Of a DNA stretch of 64,000 nucleotides, positions 23,663 to 37,700 are shown piece after piece (the stretch's first letter is position 1; every line of letters begins with the position of its first letter). Origin of the DNA: Azolla caroliniana (Eukaryota; Plantae; Polypodiophyta). The notes beneath the pieces are model-generated. The model had not been told where the DNA came from and did not search any database. It saw nothing but the letters and a program-made list of their open reading frames with translations. The stretch is taken from contig JBHGNT010000001.1 of the NCBI GenBank assembly GCA_043228905.1, forward strand, positions 17,050,001 through 17,114,000, in the 5' to 3' direction. The position numbers and the translations under genes are program-made.

Positions 23663-26600
23663 ATGGCATCTGATTCTGCCCATCATGTGAGACTGAGACC
23701 CATCCGAACGACACCCACTAAGAAGCCGCCGCCGCCGCCTTTTTGTGCAGAAGAATTAGGTCGTGGGCTCCATTCCCAATCAGAAGAAGATTCAGAGAAT
23801 GTTTCCGCTGTTCATGATGCGGATGATGCTGATTATGAACCACTTACCCCTGCTAGTAGAGTCTTTTGTAGCCCTTCTCTCAACATGACCATTCTCGTTA
23901 CCTTTGGATTGAAGACCTCTTGTAATATCGATGCTCTAAAAGAAGGCCTGAAGAGTACTCTGCTCAGACACAAGCGTTTCTGTAGTGTTGTGGTAAGTGA
24001 GCTTTCCTTCTCTTCATTGTTTTTATCATTCAGCATCCTCTATTTACATGCGAAAGAAAAAAGAAGAAGAGAAGGTAGAAACGTTATTGTATTAGTTAGG
24101 CTATGGTTTTCCATAGGAAATAACCTCCGAGATACCCCCGCATTTTGCTTTATTTCCTCTAATGCTCCTGAGTTTTTCTTCATTTCCCTATCAAATGCCA
24201 TTTTTCAATGGCCTCTCTCTCTCTCTCTCTCGTGTAAACTGTATATGCTATTTGAGCCTGTGTTGTCTGGTCCATTCATCCCCGTTCTCCCTTTTTGGGG
24301 GGTTGATCATGAGCATTTGAATAAGAACTTTTTTAGAATTTCTCCCTTCTCAAGTTTTTTTTTTTTCCATTTTTGATAAGAAGTTTTTTGTTATGTCGAA
24401 GTCTAAATTGTTTTTGAAGTATGAGCGTGATAATGAGACACAGTCCTTAGAAAAATAAGCTTCCCTTTATATGATGAAAATTCTATGGCTGGAATTTTTG
24501 ATAAGAAGTTTTTTGTTATGTCAAAGTCTAAATTGTTTTTGAAGTATGAGCGTGATAATGAGACACAGTCCTTAGAAAAATAAGCTTCCCTTTATATGAT
24601 GAAAATTCTATGGCTGGAATTTTTGATAAGAAGTTTTTTGTTATGTCGAAGTCTAAATTGTTTTTGAAGTATGAGCGTGATAATGAGACACAGTCCTTAG
24701 AAAAATAAGCTTCCCTTTATATGATGAAAATTCTATGGCTGGAATTTTTGATAAGAAGTTTTTTGTTATGTCGAAGTCTAAATTGTTTTTGAAGTATGAG
24801 CGTGATAATGAGACACAGTCCTTAGAAAAATAAGCTTCCCTTTATATGATGAAAATTCCCTTTACCTTCATTCTATGTGAAAGAGTAAGACATAATTTAG
24901 AATTTATTTTTCTTTGATAATGAGGTTTGTATTGGACAATCTGCTTCATTCTCTAGGAAGAAGCATCATTAAGAACATAATTTAGATAAATAAGCTTGGT
25001 GCTTTTTATGTCATGTGGAAGATCTCTTCACTCCAAGACAAAGCATAAGCATCATCAAGGTATGGTTTAGGAAGTAACATTTGTGATGAATCATGATGAA
25101 TTTTGAATCTTATCTTGTTTGTGATTTTCAATTTACAGAGGAAAGGAAACGGAGATGAATTTTATTGGGCACGTACGAATGTCAATGTAGATGATCATGT
25201 CATTGTTGTCACACCAAAAGGTGCTGATGTGAGTTCAGCGACCTTTGTGGAAGACTATGTAACTGATCTCATGCAGGGCCCCCCTCTTGATATGGCCAAA
25301 CCACTTTTTGAATTTCACATTGTGAAAGCAAAGCTCGGGGATGCAATGGAAAACATGATTATGCGAGTGCATCATTCGATGGGCGATGGGATGTCTCTTA
25401 TGTCGCTTGTGCTAGCATGTACAAGAAGAGTCGATAAACCTGACACCATGCCAACCCTTCCAACCTATAAACAAAAGAACAGAATTAAAGAAGGGTTTTG
25501 GAAAAGGCACTTTCTGCTCCTATGGAGCGTCCTTCTCATGCTGTGGTTTACCCTACAGGACATATTTATCTTTACAGCTACATGTTTCTGGTTGAAGGAC
25601 AGCCAGATCTCTCTCAAGGGTTATTCTCGGCTTGAGAACTTACCCAAAAAACTTGTGCACACGACAATTTCGTTGGATGATATTCGCAGTGTCAAACAAG
25701 CAGTAAATGCTGTAAGTTCCTTATCAAGAATCATTGTGTGTACACTTTTATATCCATATCTATATTTTGTATATTCTTGGTTAGATTATAGGGGAATTGA
25801 CCAAAATACTCTGAATGTTTCACAAAAATCTTAAATACCCCTAGCAGTTCAGAAATTCGCAAAGTACCTCTGCTTCAAAATGCCAGCAGCGTTTTTGGAT
25901 TTTTTTGAACAATGGAGGGTAGTCTGGTAAATTAATGCTTGCTCCCAAAATCTTCACCCTGTAGAGAATTGGTATTATTAATATGTCAAACAACCACAGT
26001 TTTGTTAGGGTCTCTTAGAACCTTCATGTGCACATTATCTCTCAAGGGCATCAAGTGTTACACATCTACGAGCATGTAAAGCACATGCAAAGTTCCGCAC
26101 GGAGAATCAGGGCCCTGTGCATGGTACTTCCATAGAGATAAAAAGATTCTTAAGGTCAAAGAGACTGAATAAGTTCCATCTGATGAAACCGAGCAGAGAC
26201 CAAAAACTCTTGCATTGAGTCACTACATTCCAGAGTGGTATCTAGTGACTGAGAGGGATACCAAAATCTTTTGGTCAACCCCTACATTCTACAATGTCAT
26301 CATTAAACTAATGTAATAATGAAATTTGAATTCTTATGCATACATTTATAAAAACATGTTTTTTCTGATTGACAGACTGTAAATGACGTCCTATATGGAG
26401 CATTTGTGGCTGGATTTTCACGTTACTTATGGGAGCATCATGGTATGGTGAAGTGCAATCACTTGTCTCACTCATCTTAATAAGCTTCGATTTAAAACTC
26501 AGAATTAAGTGTGGTATCATCTTAATCACTTTTAATCAGGTTTAATGTACAACATTCTGTTAAGAAGTGTACTGACTGAACATGGCTTTATTTTCTGATT

Positions 26601-28627
26601 TTAGTAGGATAAATACATATATCTTGATTAGACTTTCTAACTTAGTTTAAAATTAAGCTTTACAGAGAAAAATAGGAAAAAGTATGACAAAGGAACCTTT
26701 ATCTATCAGATCTTTGCCTAGTTAGCCTTGTCGCTACCAGTTACATTCTTAGCATTTTTGTCCTCCAACATTGATGTTAGTATGGAATATGATGTTTTCT
26801 AATGCTTACTTTTATAGGTCTTCTTGCATTTTTAGCCCTTTCAATCTCTCTTGAATTAGAAGAAGGAATGAAAGATATTTTAACATATCTTAAAGACGAT
26901 AATAGCCTATGATACTTGACAAGTATTACGACTGTTTATGCTATAACTAATAAAAGAAAATATCAAAAGTAAAACGTGTTTCTACTTTTGCTTTCTGAAA
27001 CCAAATGGCTTGAAGCGTAATGATGAACAACCAACAATTAATACCCTACAGATGAGAAATCTGAAAATTTGTAGAATCTAGAAGAAAATAATATGTTAAA
27101 GCGCTCTGTATCATGCATCTATTTTCTTTCAGTTGATGATACAATAGATCTGAGTAAGAATTTGAACTCGAAGCATATGGAAAAGCATCCCAAAAGGAAG
27201 GCATCGCCTTTTTTCAATAGGCGGATCCGAGCAAGTGCAATTGTAAATACGAGGCCAGCACCAGGGCTACATGTGAGTTGCATTAAAAGTTTGTGTTTGT
27301 GATTTGTGAATCCAAGGACACCGATTTGATGGTTGTCAGGTATTGTCAGGAAATAGAAAACATGATGAGGAGTGGATCTAAGATGAGATGGGGGAATGAA
27401 ATTGGTTATACCATTTTGCCAATCCAATTATCTGGATTTGAAGATCCCTTACAGTGTGTACATGAAGTGAAAAAGTTGTTTGACAAGAAAAAACTCTCAT
27501 TAGGACCATTATTTAGCTATAGAAGTGGCTCATTGATAATGAAGCTCGCTGGAGTAGAGGTAATCCTTTCTCGTGCTATTTGTTTTCCCTCTCTTTACAC
27601 ATTGGGTTCTTTCTTTTATTATTTATGCATATTTTACAGACTATGGCTTCATCTCCATACATAAAGCCCATTATGGGTGTACATACTGTAGAAAGTCCAT
27701 ACTACCAGCAAGAAAGTAATGGAAAAGAAACTTAAAACATTGTAGATAAGCTTAATGGTAGTGATATTTAATATGTAAGGGTTTATGAACAAAATGAGTG
27801 TCTGTGATAGCGTTTTGGGATAAGGGAAAAAACTTTCCTGGAGTCATTATTGGCTAATTTTCAAGACTTCAAATACATCTTAGCTGCATTGTTTTTACTG
27901 TTGATATTATCTTCGAAAATATTTGTTAAAAGATATATAAAGTGGCTGCTCAATCATCTACACATAGAGATGGGTTTTTCTGTTTGGTCAGATTGCAACT
28001 AAGCTCACATACAAATGCGTGGAGAACACCACATTGTCATTCTCGAATATGATTGGGCCACTTGAAGAAATCCAATTCCTCGGCCTTCCAATCACTCACA
28101 TCATTCCGACAGTCACTGGTCAGCCTCAAGTAAGTATCGCATTGTAGAGTACTGTATGTATATTGAATGGAGTGGCATGGTATTGCATTGTATACTATTG
28201 TATTGTATGGTGTTGTATATGCTCTCGTAGGATGGATGTTTGTTTACATTCAAGTATTGTCTCGCTGACTCTGGTAGCATGGATGTTTTTATAAATTAAA
28301 GTGTTGTATGTATTCGTCGATAGTAATTTTTAAGCATGTATATACGTAATTCTTGTAGTTTGTATTGTATCATTTCAGTTTGCATATTGGTAGTATTGTT
28401 TTGTATATAATTCTAAGTAGGATAATAATATTCATGGATAAATCCTTACCTAAATATAAATATTTGGTTTCTATGTACAGGCACTATGTGTGCACATCCA
28501 AAGCTACATGGATGACATAAAAATTGTTTTGTCTGCAGCAAAAGAAATTATTCCTGATCCAGACAAAATCTTGAAATACATGACTGATGCCCTTGAAGAG
28601 ATGAAAAACATGATTAATATGCAATAG
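23663..28627 (+). CDS. WSD1: Wax ester synthase/diacylglycerol acyltransferase (WS/DGAT, WSD1-like), about 534 aa. Exons 23663-23992, 25139-25711, 26376-26442, 27133-27272, 27350-27559, 27992-28129, 28481-28627
   Basis: All introns are GT-AG with consistent phases and no internal stop. Catalytic HHSMGDG (HHxxxDG). Family motifs EPLTPASRVF, PLDMAKPLFEFH, TVNDVL, WGNEIGY, FSNMIGP and IPDP. The symbol is family-level and orthology is untested. Confidence 0.93.
24369..24858. repeat. 125-bp tandem repeat, about 3.9 copies, in intron 1
   Basis: gataagaag recurs at 24375, 24500, 24625 and 24750. Only one substitution was seen among the copies. Confidence 0.95.
25791..26282. mobile_element. Degenerate MITE (Mutator-like) in intron 2
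   Basis: Ends GGGGAATTGACCAAAA / TTTTGGTCAACCCC. Flanks TAGATTATA / TACATTCTA (7/9, possible 9-bp TSD). Confidence 0.5.
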
Positions 28628-29374
28628 TGGATGGTGTAATTCATAGAGAGTTAACGTTGTATATTACTGTACATTATTGCTTAAAAACCTATTTTACATT
28701 TTTTTTTCACAAAAGAGAAGGCATAAAAATAACCTCTACATTTATTTATTCAGAATGAATTGATCTTTGTAACTAAATGTGGTAACTCATGTTGAAACTG
28801 AAGTTCACGTTTGGAATTCAAAATTAATAAAGCATGTATTTTGATATACCATTGTATTTTCAAATGTTCTAGAATGTTTGTAAACGATGGCAATACTTAA
28901 TGATGTATTCCTTACTACTTTCCAAACTAAATTCAGTTGAAAACACTACCAATCCTCCACCTTCCAAAGATAGTGTGTTACATGGCAAACATCCTATCTT
29001 CAAAAACGCGAATGTGGAAACAATCCTATGAAAACCGATGGAGCTTACTATGAGGAAGTCTTGAGATATGACCCTCAACCTTGGCTTCATGTTCTTCAAC
29101 GAGTGTATATGGACTTACATGGAAGGCATGGGGAACCTATGATGTCCATCCATCACGTAGGATGCTCTGAACTACAAAGATTGGACATGTTAGTGGCCAC
29201 ACCCACACCTTTCGAAGTCAATGATGCTAACTCCACACTCCTTGTGATTGTATTTAGTTTGTTGGACCTCTTAATAAGGTATTGGTTAGTGTTAGTTGAT
29301 TGCAAACTGGTAATATTATAGCATGCGTAGCTTGCATTTCACACATAAATCTATTGAGAATGGTAGTCGTCAAT

Positions 29375-30657
29375 GAGAGTGAGTTGTTGTGTAGCACATC
29401 TATATTTGAAAGGAGCAAGAGATGGGTGTTTCTTCACATAGTTCGTTATTTACTAGAAATAACTAAGAGATTTAGGGATATTATCTCTAGAGTGTTACAC
29501 CATCAACATTTGAATGAAGACATGGAGAATATCAAGTTTAGGGACCAATTTGTTTTAGAGGAGATTGTATAGTCTATGAAGTCATCCCTAGACTTAGTGA
29601 AAGGGGTAGAGAGCATAGATAAGCTTTTTGCAAAGAGAGCATCCCTTCACATGCTTGTAAACAAGGTAACAAAAAAATAAATAGTGATAGTAAATTTGCC
29701 TTAGCCCTAGGTATTCAAAGAAGGAACTTGAGGAAGCATCATACAAATATATAGTTAAATCAATTTAAGTGGGTGGGGTTAGGCCGTAGATGATAGTGCG
29801 ATGCCTTTTCTCAAGAGATTTTTGAGAAAGTGGATTCACCATGTCTCACCAAATAAAAAGGAAGTTTGTAGACAACGAATAAGTCGGGGTAGGTACCAAA
29901 TTTACCCTAGACACTTATTGGACATGACTGAGGTAATTCATTCTTTTCTATCTATTTGGTTTTACATATTTCTTTGTTTACTAAAGGCTTCTATTAATGT
30001 GCACTATATATTGAGTGATGTAGGTTGAATTGTTCATGAACTTCAAAGACCAACATCCAAGCATCAACCTTAGATTTCGCAAGTTCCGCGGTTTGAAACC
30101 GTTTTTTGTTAGAAAGTTAAGGGAGAGGAACACATGTTGTTGTGTGTACCACATTAAAATGGACATGTTAATGCTTGGAGTGAACACCATGCGTATTGAT
30201 TCTAAGGGTATACACGGGGATGGGTGTGGGGATGGGTGTGTTTGCACTTGTGAGATATGTAGAACAAATGGGAAGGATAAATAGGTGTAATGCGCGAAAC
30301 ATGATTTATGCATCAATTTCTGAGTTATGGAGGTCTTTTGTTTGTGAAAAACAACCATCATCTGAGTGCTATAGTCTTCCATGACTTCTAAGAACGTGTA
30401 CAGTTTGCCCACAACCATTATTTTGTAGATGTGAGTTGGATGTGGGAAATAATCATATTGTCAAATGGAAATATATAGAGTATGTGACAGAAATTTTAAG
30501 GTAGGGACTCGTTAGGAAGCATATCAAGGATGTATATAAGGAGACATGTGTTGTTACCATGGTCTTAGAGTTTAAGAAGCAACTTGGGGAGTTCATTCCA
30601 CAAAACTTTAGGAATTATTGGCAAAATTCACAATTCAAGGAATATATAAATAATTTA
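29375..30657 (+). pseudogene. Second, more degraded Sola2-type transposase fragment
   Basis: Homologous to 14150-15065 with the same intron (29933-30023). Extends further (VKWKYIEYV...KDVYKET...FIPQNFRNYWQNSQFKEYINNL) and stops before any DDE motif. No TIRs found. Confidence 0.75.
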
Positions 30658-30941
30658 TGTAAATAATTTTGTGTGTAATTATATAGTGTGGAAAATAGAT
30701 TAGAGATGTGTGTGTGAGAGAGAAGATAGGAAAAACAGAACAATGGCATATTCACAAGAATAAAATAACAACCAATAGTTACAAATGAGAGAGGAGGGTG
30801 CTTATAAGGTCACCCTCTCTCTACATTCTCTCATTGAAACATTGTAAAAGAATATGTGCGGAAGCGTATGCGTAAGACACTAAGTACACGTTCGGAATTA
30901 CGACAGTTCGATAAAACACAAAAATCACAGAGAAAGAGAGG

Positions 30942-30996
<55 letters not shown>

Positions 30997-33867
30997 TAAA
31001 AAACGTAACTATATTCAAAAATAATTCTCTATATGTTCTCTGAGTACATACTTGGTGCTCAACGAGCACCTTTTATACAAGCCCTGACTATCGGGCTGAC
31101 ACAAGCACTTACAGTACCTGACTGCTCATAAATGAGCATCCTACACTTACCCCCAAAATTATTCCTTACGAGGAATAACATTCTAACGGCCTCTCGGTTT
31201 ACATACCGCTACGACCATATTTTGCGCACGGTTTTATGCACCCAGTCTACGCACTAGGTTGCGCACCCGTTTATGCTCCCAATGTTGACCTTGTCTCTCA
31301 ACAGTCCCCCTTAAGCTCAACTTGAGGTTCCATATGCTTTTCCTGATCTTCGCTCTGGCCTCTCCTGGCTTCACGCCTTGCTCACGCTCCTCGACCCGTT
31401 CAATTCCGCGCGCTTCGACCCTTCCGATTGGCTTGTCTGCTCATGCGGCCTTTCTCAGCTCCCTTGTTGTCGCGATGTTGGCACCTCTTCCGCTGCCCTT
31501 TTCTCTGCTTGAACCTCAGTTGATTCGGCGTATTCGAATTGAACATTACGATTGAATCAAACATTTCAGATTCATTCTCGCTTTCACCCGAATTGACTGT
31601 CTCCAATTCGTCTTCTGTCTTCAGGCCCTTAACTACATCCGACCATGTCTTAGTCTTGGCCTTTACGCCTTTCTTGGCTTTGTTTCCCCTTTGTTTGGCT
31701 CTTCCTTGTGATTACGGCCCCAGTTTTCTTCTTCGGCTTCTTCAGCCGGCCCGAAATTGAATTCTTCATCCGATTCGGCATTGCGGTTACTACCGCTCCT
31801 TTCACGCTCTTGTTCTTGTTCCTGTCTCCCCCTCAAGTTCGGCGTGTCACTGAAGGTGTTTGATCGTGGGCTGCGACATAAATTGACTGATCATTCCGAC
31901 CGGATAGCTGAGGTCTAGCCGAGTGATTGTCAAGTAGATGAGGCTTCCGACAATCTATCGAAACCGTGTCGGGTCACACACCTTTCTCGAATCTCGAGGA
32001 AACTTTACATTTCTATCTAGAGGGGTCAAGATGGGCTTACAGTCTGCCATCCCGAACTTGAAGAGCATATTCAGCGCGTGATGACGCTGACTAATTAATA
32101 TGCCTTTGGGGGAACGGATCACTTCGATCCCAAGGAAGTAATGAAGGTCACCAAGATCCTTCATTTCAAAAGATGCCGCAAGCTGAGACTTTACGCAGCC
32201 GATTTCTTCCAGATCGGCACCGGCGATGACTAAATCATCAACATAAACTAAGAGACAAACCGGTCCATATTGACCTTGCCGAACGAACAACGAGGAGTCC
32301 GATTTGGACGTTGTAAACCCCATTCTACGCAACTGTTGCGTAATCTTCGCGTTCCAAGCTCACGGGGCTTGCTTAAGGCCGTATAACGCCTTCTTCAATT
32401 GGTAGATTGCCGAAATGTTCTGTTCAGATAGAAATCCGAGGGGTTGTACCATGTACACCTGTTTCTCAAGATCACCTTGTAGGAATGCATTCTTTACATC
32501 CATCTGATGTAGATGCCACCCCTTCGCCGCAACTACGGCTAGCAGAACTCGCATGGTAGTCATCTTCGCGATAGGCCTTTCGCAACCAAACGGGCCTTAT
32601 ATCAGTTGACCGAGCCGTCGGTGTTGTATTTCACCTTAAACACCCATCTACATCTGATAAGCTTAACTCCTTTAGGTGCGTCAACCAGGTCCCAAGTCTC
32701 GTTGTCCGATAATGTGTGCATCTCTTCCTCCATCGCGGCATGCCAATTTGAATCTTCCGCCGCTTCTGCGTAGCTCTCCAACTCACGCACTTCCGCCACT
32801 CGTGTCATGTATTCAAACCTTTTCGGTTGATTTCTACCCCTTCCACGGAGGTTCCTTTTCGATTGGCCCGAAGTCAGATTCACTCCGATTTGACTCGACA
32901 TTGCCGAAATCGTATTCCGACATTTTCTTCTTCCCTTTTTCTTTATGCGTGAACCATCTCCTCGGTTCTTTACATGGGGACAACATGACCGAGTCACCAC
33001 TACTCGCCGACTCTTCATTTGGTTGGCCATCTCGGCCCGCTTAGCCGAAATGAGATTGGACTCTCTGTTAGAGCTTTGATTTCCTCATCACGTGGAGGCA
33101 GCTCGGCCTCGCTGATCTCTTCTTCAGAATTTGGAATGGAGTCAGATGGTATTGGAGGTGAAGGCAAGTACCATGAAGCAGAATTGTCAAATACGACATC
33201 TTGGCTTACGCGAACTTCCTTTGTTCGGGGGTTATAACACTTATACCCCTTCTGCTCATCTAAATAGCTGACCAAGATGCACTTCTCAGCTTTGGCATCA
33301 AGCTTCCTTGTCTTCTCCTTTGGCACACGAACTTACACAACGTTGCCGAAAATCCTCAAGTATGCCAAGGGCGGCTTCTTTCCGAAATACAACTCGTGTG
33401 GCGACACTCCTCCATTAGCAGAAGTCTGATTCTGTAAATAAATAGCCATCCTCACGGTTTCGACCCAATAAAACTTCGGCATATGCTTCTCTTCAAGCAT
33501 TGCCCTAGCCGCTTCTTCCATTGTCCAATTCTTCCGCTCGGCCACGCCATTCTGTTGCGGCGTGTATCTACACGAGAATTCGCGTCCAATTCCTTCCTTC
33601 TATCAAAGCTCTCTGTAAGTTCACTCCGGCCATCGTTTTCTACGTTCTATAGCTCGTTGGAAAGCTCTTTGAGAGAGCTTTCTAAAGAATGTTCATTTAC
33701 TGAATTCCGTTACCGTGGCGAGAAGTTATGAGCATTTTCATCCGCAGCCATCTTTGCCCCACGGTTCCTCAAACGGAAGGTAGATTTTGAAGCCCTAAAT
33801 CGAGTGAAAGGTACATTCTCTCTCCTTCCCTCTTTGTCTCTCTTTTCCCGTACGGTTTGTCCCTACA

Positions 33868-34737
33868 ATGGCAAATACTCGTAAAACCGCCGCAAAGTTT
33901 GGGGGTATGATTGATAATGAGCCGAGATCACCAACAAATCTCGATTCTAATGCAATGGACAAAATGCTTATGAGTCACTTGATTTCTCTTCAAGAAACCA
34001 TAAACAAGCAAGGTGAAGAGATTAGGATGTTAATGAAAGAGAATACTAAGCTCCAAAGTGTTGTCATTGAGAATGAAAGTCTTAAACAAGTGGTTGCAAA
34101 ACTTCAAGAAGAGATTCAAGAATGTAAAAGAGCTTCATTTGAAACAAATGAGCGCCTTAACAAGATTGAGTTAAAGGAAGCATTAAAAGAAGAAAAATTG
34201 GATACGATGAGGCGGGATGTAAGTGAGATGAAAAATGTATGTACAACGAAGTCATGGGCCGATGTATGTGGTGGGGATGTGTTATCAAACTCATCTAATA
34301 TGCATGTGATGCATCAAGAGAAGAATATAGAAAGCATAGATGTCCGAGAATTGAAAGAACGCGAACGACGATCAAAGAACATTGTCGTCCGTGGGATTAA
34401 AGAAGAGAGTATGGAAACACCCGCATCCCTTGGAAAGGCCATTGGTGAATTTTTTAGCATGCATTATGGGATGTCAGATGTGAATGTATATGGGGCACAC
34501 CGAGTTGGGAAACATGGTGTTACTCGCTCCGGAGAAAGGCCTATTGTATGCACAATGACAGATGATACAAAGCGGCGGATCATACTCGAAAATAGTTGGG
34601 TATACCTCAAAGGTACACAATGCTTTGTGAGTGAAGATCGTACTATCTCACAACAAAATGCTCGTCGTAAAGCATATGAAGAAAGATTGAAAAACAAGGT
34701 TAAGGATGTGCCTAAAGATGGAAATGTAGGCAAATAG
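33868..34737 (+). CDS. LINE ORF1 (coiled coil plus RRM-like domain), intact, 289 aa
   Basis: Heptad-rich N-terminal half. ERERRSKNIVVRGIKE...HRVG...RPIV...LKGT..FVSED.T pattern typical of LINE ORF1. Confidence 0.8.
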   Translation: MANTRKTAAKFGGMIDNEPRSPTNLDSNAMDKMLMSHLISLQETINKQGEEIRMLMKENTKLQSVVIENESLKQVVAKLQEEIQECKRASFETNERLNKIELKEALKEEKLDTMRRDVSEMKNVCTTKSWADVCGGDVLSNSSNMHVMHQEKNIESIDVRELKERERRSKNIVVRGIKEESMETPASLGKAIGEFFSMHYGMSDVNVYGAHRVGKHGVTRSGERPIVCTMTDDTKRRIILENSWVYLKGTQCFVSEDRTISQQNARRKAYEERLKNKVKDVPKDGNVGK

Positions 34738-34743
34738 GGACAC

Positions 34744-37700
34744 GTGATCTATGAGACTAACCCACCCCTTTTACGACTATGCTTTTGGAATTGCAATGGA
34801 TACCCATGGAATGCGGGATTTGGCATAGAGGAGTTCACCAATGACTCGGATATCACACTTCTTGTTGAAACATGGGAGCATGATACTCAAAGGATTCAAG
34901 GTTTAGGAAACTATAATGTACACTCTTTGATATGGAAGAAAAATCCAAGACAAAGAAGAGGACAAGGAGGGGTGGCATGTTTGATTAAGAAGGAAATAGA
35001 GAAATATGTGTCAATCATAAAAAATGATGAAAATAAATGCTACATATGGCTCAAAATAGAAACACCTAATGATTTGCCCACTTTTGTTGTTGGATGTTAC
35101 ATTCCTCATCAAGATTCTAACTTTTATGCTTGTTTGGATAAAGATCAACCGTTTGCCAATCTAGAAGATGATATTGCTTATTTCAAATCCAAAGGGGAAG
35201 TTATTGTCTTTGGTGACATGAATGCTTGTACAAGAAGTTTCCAACTTGATTCACAAGAATCTTTCATGCCACATATCTCAAGGATGCAAGAGGATATGCA
35301 AATGTATAACCGCTCTTCTAGCGATGAAAAAGATCCGGACCAATTTGGGAAGTTACTCCTACAAATGTGCAATAGTACCGGATTGCTTATTGCAAATGGT
35401 ATTTCCTTATGGCCCAACACTAATGGTTTTACATGTAGAAAATACAACGGAAATAGTGTGATTGATTATGTGCTACTTTCCGAAGGTATTTTTGATCGTA
35501 TACATAAATTCTCACTTGGTGAATGGACACCGGAATCAGATCATAGGCCTTTATGTATTGATCTCAAATGTATGCATAGGTTTGATTGTGAGAAGGCTAT
35601 TGAAGATAATAAACAACCGCTCTTGAGCATGAACCTTAAGCGAGCACCCATGTATTCCAAGATGGTTGAGGATATGTTACAAATGACAAAGATACAACAT
35701 GGTGCCACACTAGAATGCAAATGGGAAGCTTTCAAGAAAGTCATTCTCTCATGTACAAACAAATGTTTTTCGACCAACCGCACATCTTGGAAATGCACCA
35801 AGAAACTTAGGAAAAAATGGTTTGATAAAGAATGTCGTGAAGCTCGAAAGTGCCTTATGGTTTTGGATGTAGTTAAGGATAAAGAGAATTACCAAAAGCA
35901 TTTGCATGAGTATAAAAGGCTTATTCAAAGAAAGAGAAGAATATGGGAAGTTACTCAACAATTTATCCAAACGCAAGAGAAAGCACATGCATGTGCTAAA
36001 TTTTGGGGAAATCTAAAGGGAAAACGTGTTGAGAGTTATGGTGACTTAACTCTTCACGACTTGTCTATGCATTGTAAGAATTTATATGAGTTATCTCTTG
36101 CCGGAAAGATGATGTGTTATGGTTCTCTTTCACATATGCCTTCCTTCTTTACAATTGAAGATATATGCATAGGACTTAAGAAATTGGCCTCTCGAAAGGC
36201 AAGCGATCTTCAATGTATAAAGGCTGAAATGCTCAAATGGACAGGAAAGGAAGCACATATATGGATAAGCGATATGTTTAATGATGCATTGCAACATGGT
36301 ATGCCGTACGATTGGACTACAAATTGGATCAAACCTTTACATAAAGGTGGAGATATAAATAATGTAAACAACTATCGAACCATCATGGTTGGCTCATTAA
36401 TGGCAAAACTATTTGGATGTATAATGGAATCAAAGATAAGTGTATGGGCTGAAAAAAGTGGTAAGAGAGCTTATGGACAAGCTGGCTTTCGGAAACACCA
36501 TAGCACCATTGATCACCTTATCACCCTTCGAGTATTAATGGAGGAAAGTCGCCTTAGAGGTAAAGGTTTATATTGTTGCTTTGTAGACTTCAAGAAAGCT
36601 TTTGATATGGTACCTCGTGAGCATCTTTGAATGGAAGAACTTGAGGTGCCAAGTGAATATATGCTTGCAATTTCCCGAATTTATGAGAAGGTTATATGTT
36701 GTGTGCGCATGAAAGATAAACTTTCAGATTTTTTCAAAAGCACTATTGGTGTTAAGCAAGGATGCCCACTCTCACCAACACTATTTGGTCTATGCATTGA
36801 TGAATTGGAAGAAATGGTTACCAAGTTTGCAAAGGAAGAATGTGTTGAAGAAGTTGCCATTGGGAATCTTGTGATTATGCTTTTGCTATATGCAGATGAC
36901 GTAGTGCTTTTTGCAAATACTTTAGGAGATGCACAAAAGCTTATGAAGGCATTGGAAAAATTTTGCATGCATACTAAATTAAGTGTCAATAGCTCTAAAA
37001 CAAAGATTATGCTTGTGAAGAGCCAAAAAAGAGATAAACCATGCATTATGTACAACAATGAGCCACTTGAATGTGTGGAAAGCTTCAAATATCTTGGCCT
37101 TGAAGTTCCTTCAAATCATAGATGGAATGAATGTGCTACACGCCGCTTAGAGGCGGGCAAATGAGCATACTATGCATTTGAGAACACATGCAATCTTGGA
37201 GATATTAAGTGTTGGGTCCTCAAGAAATATCTTTTTGACACTTTGGTGACACCAGTTCTTCTCTATGGGGTGGAAGTATGGGGTGGTAGCATCCCTAAGT
37301 CTATGTGGAAAGAGTTTGAAAATGTCCAAAAGCATTTTCTTACCAAGTTTCTACAAGTTAAGAAACAAACGCCCTACACCCTCCTCCTCCTTGAGACGGG
37401 ATCGCTTCCCATTGAGATCATGGCCATGGAAAGGGTTGTTGAATACATGCTTAAGGTTCAAAAAAGTCCCTCACATCGACTTCCTAGAATTGCGTGGGAA
37501 GCAAGCAAAAAGATCCAAAAGACGCATAAAAGCAAAATTTTATGTTCCGGTTGGATGCAAGATATAGAAAAATGGTTTGGTAGATGGGATGCGAGACACT
37601 TGCTTCATGATGCATCATTAGATTCCTCTGTAAATGAGGCATTTTTGCAACGCCAATGTATCATGACATGGGACAAATGTGGAGGCTCACGCTTCACACA

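Noticed and set aside
30687-30842. Possible LTR fragment starting TGTGGAAAATAG
   Set aside because: No partner LTR or TSD is visible, so it cannot be supported.
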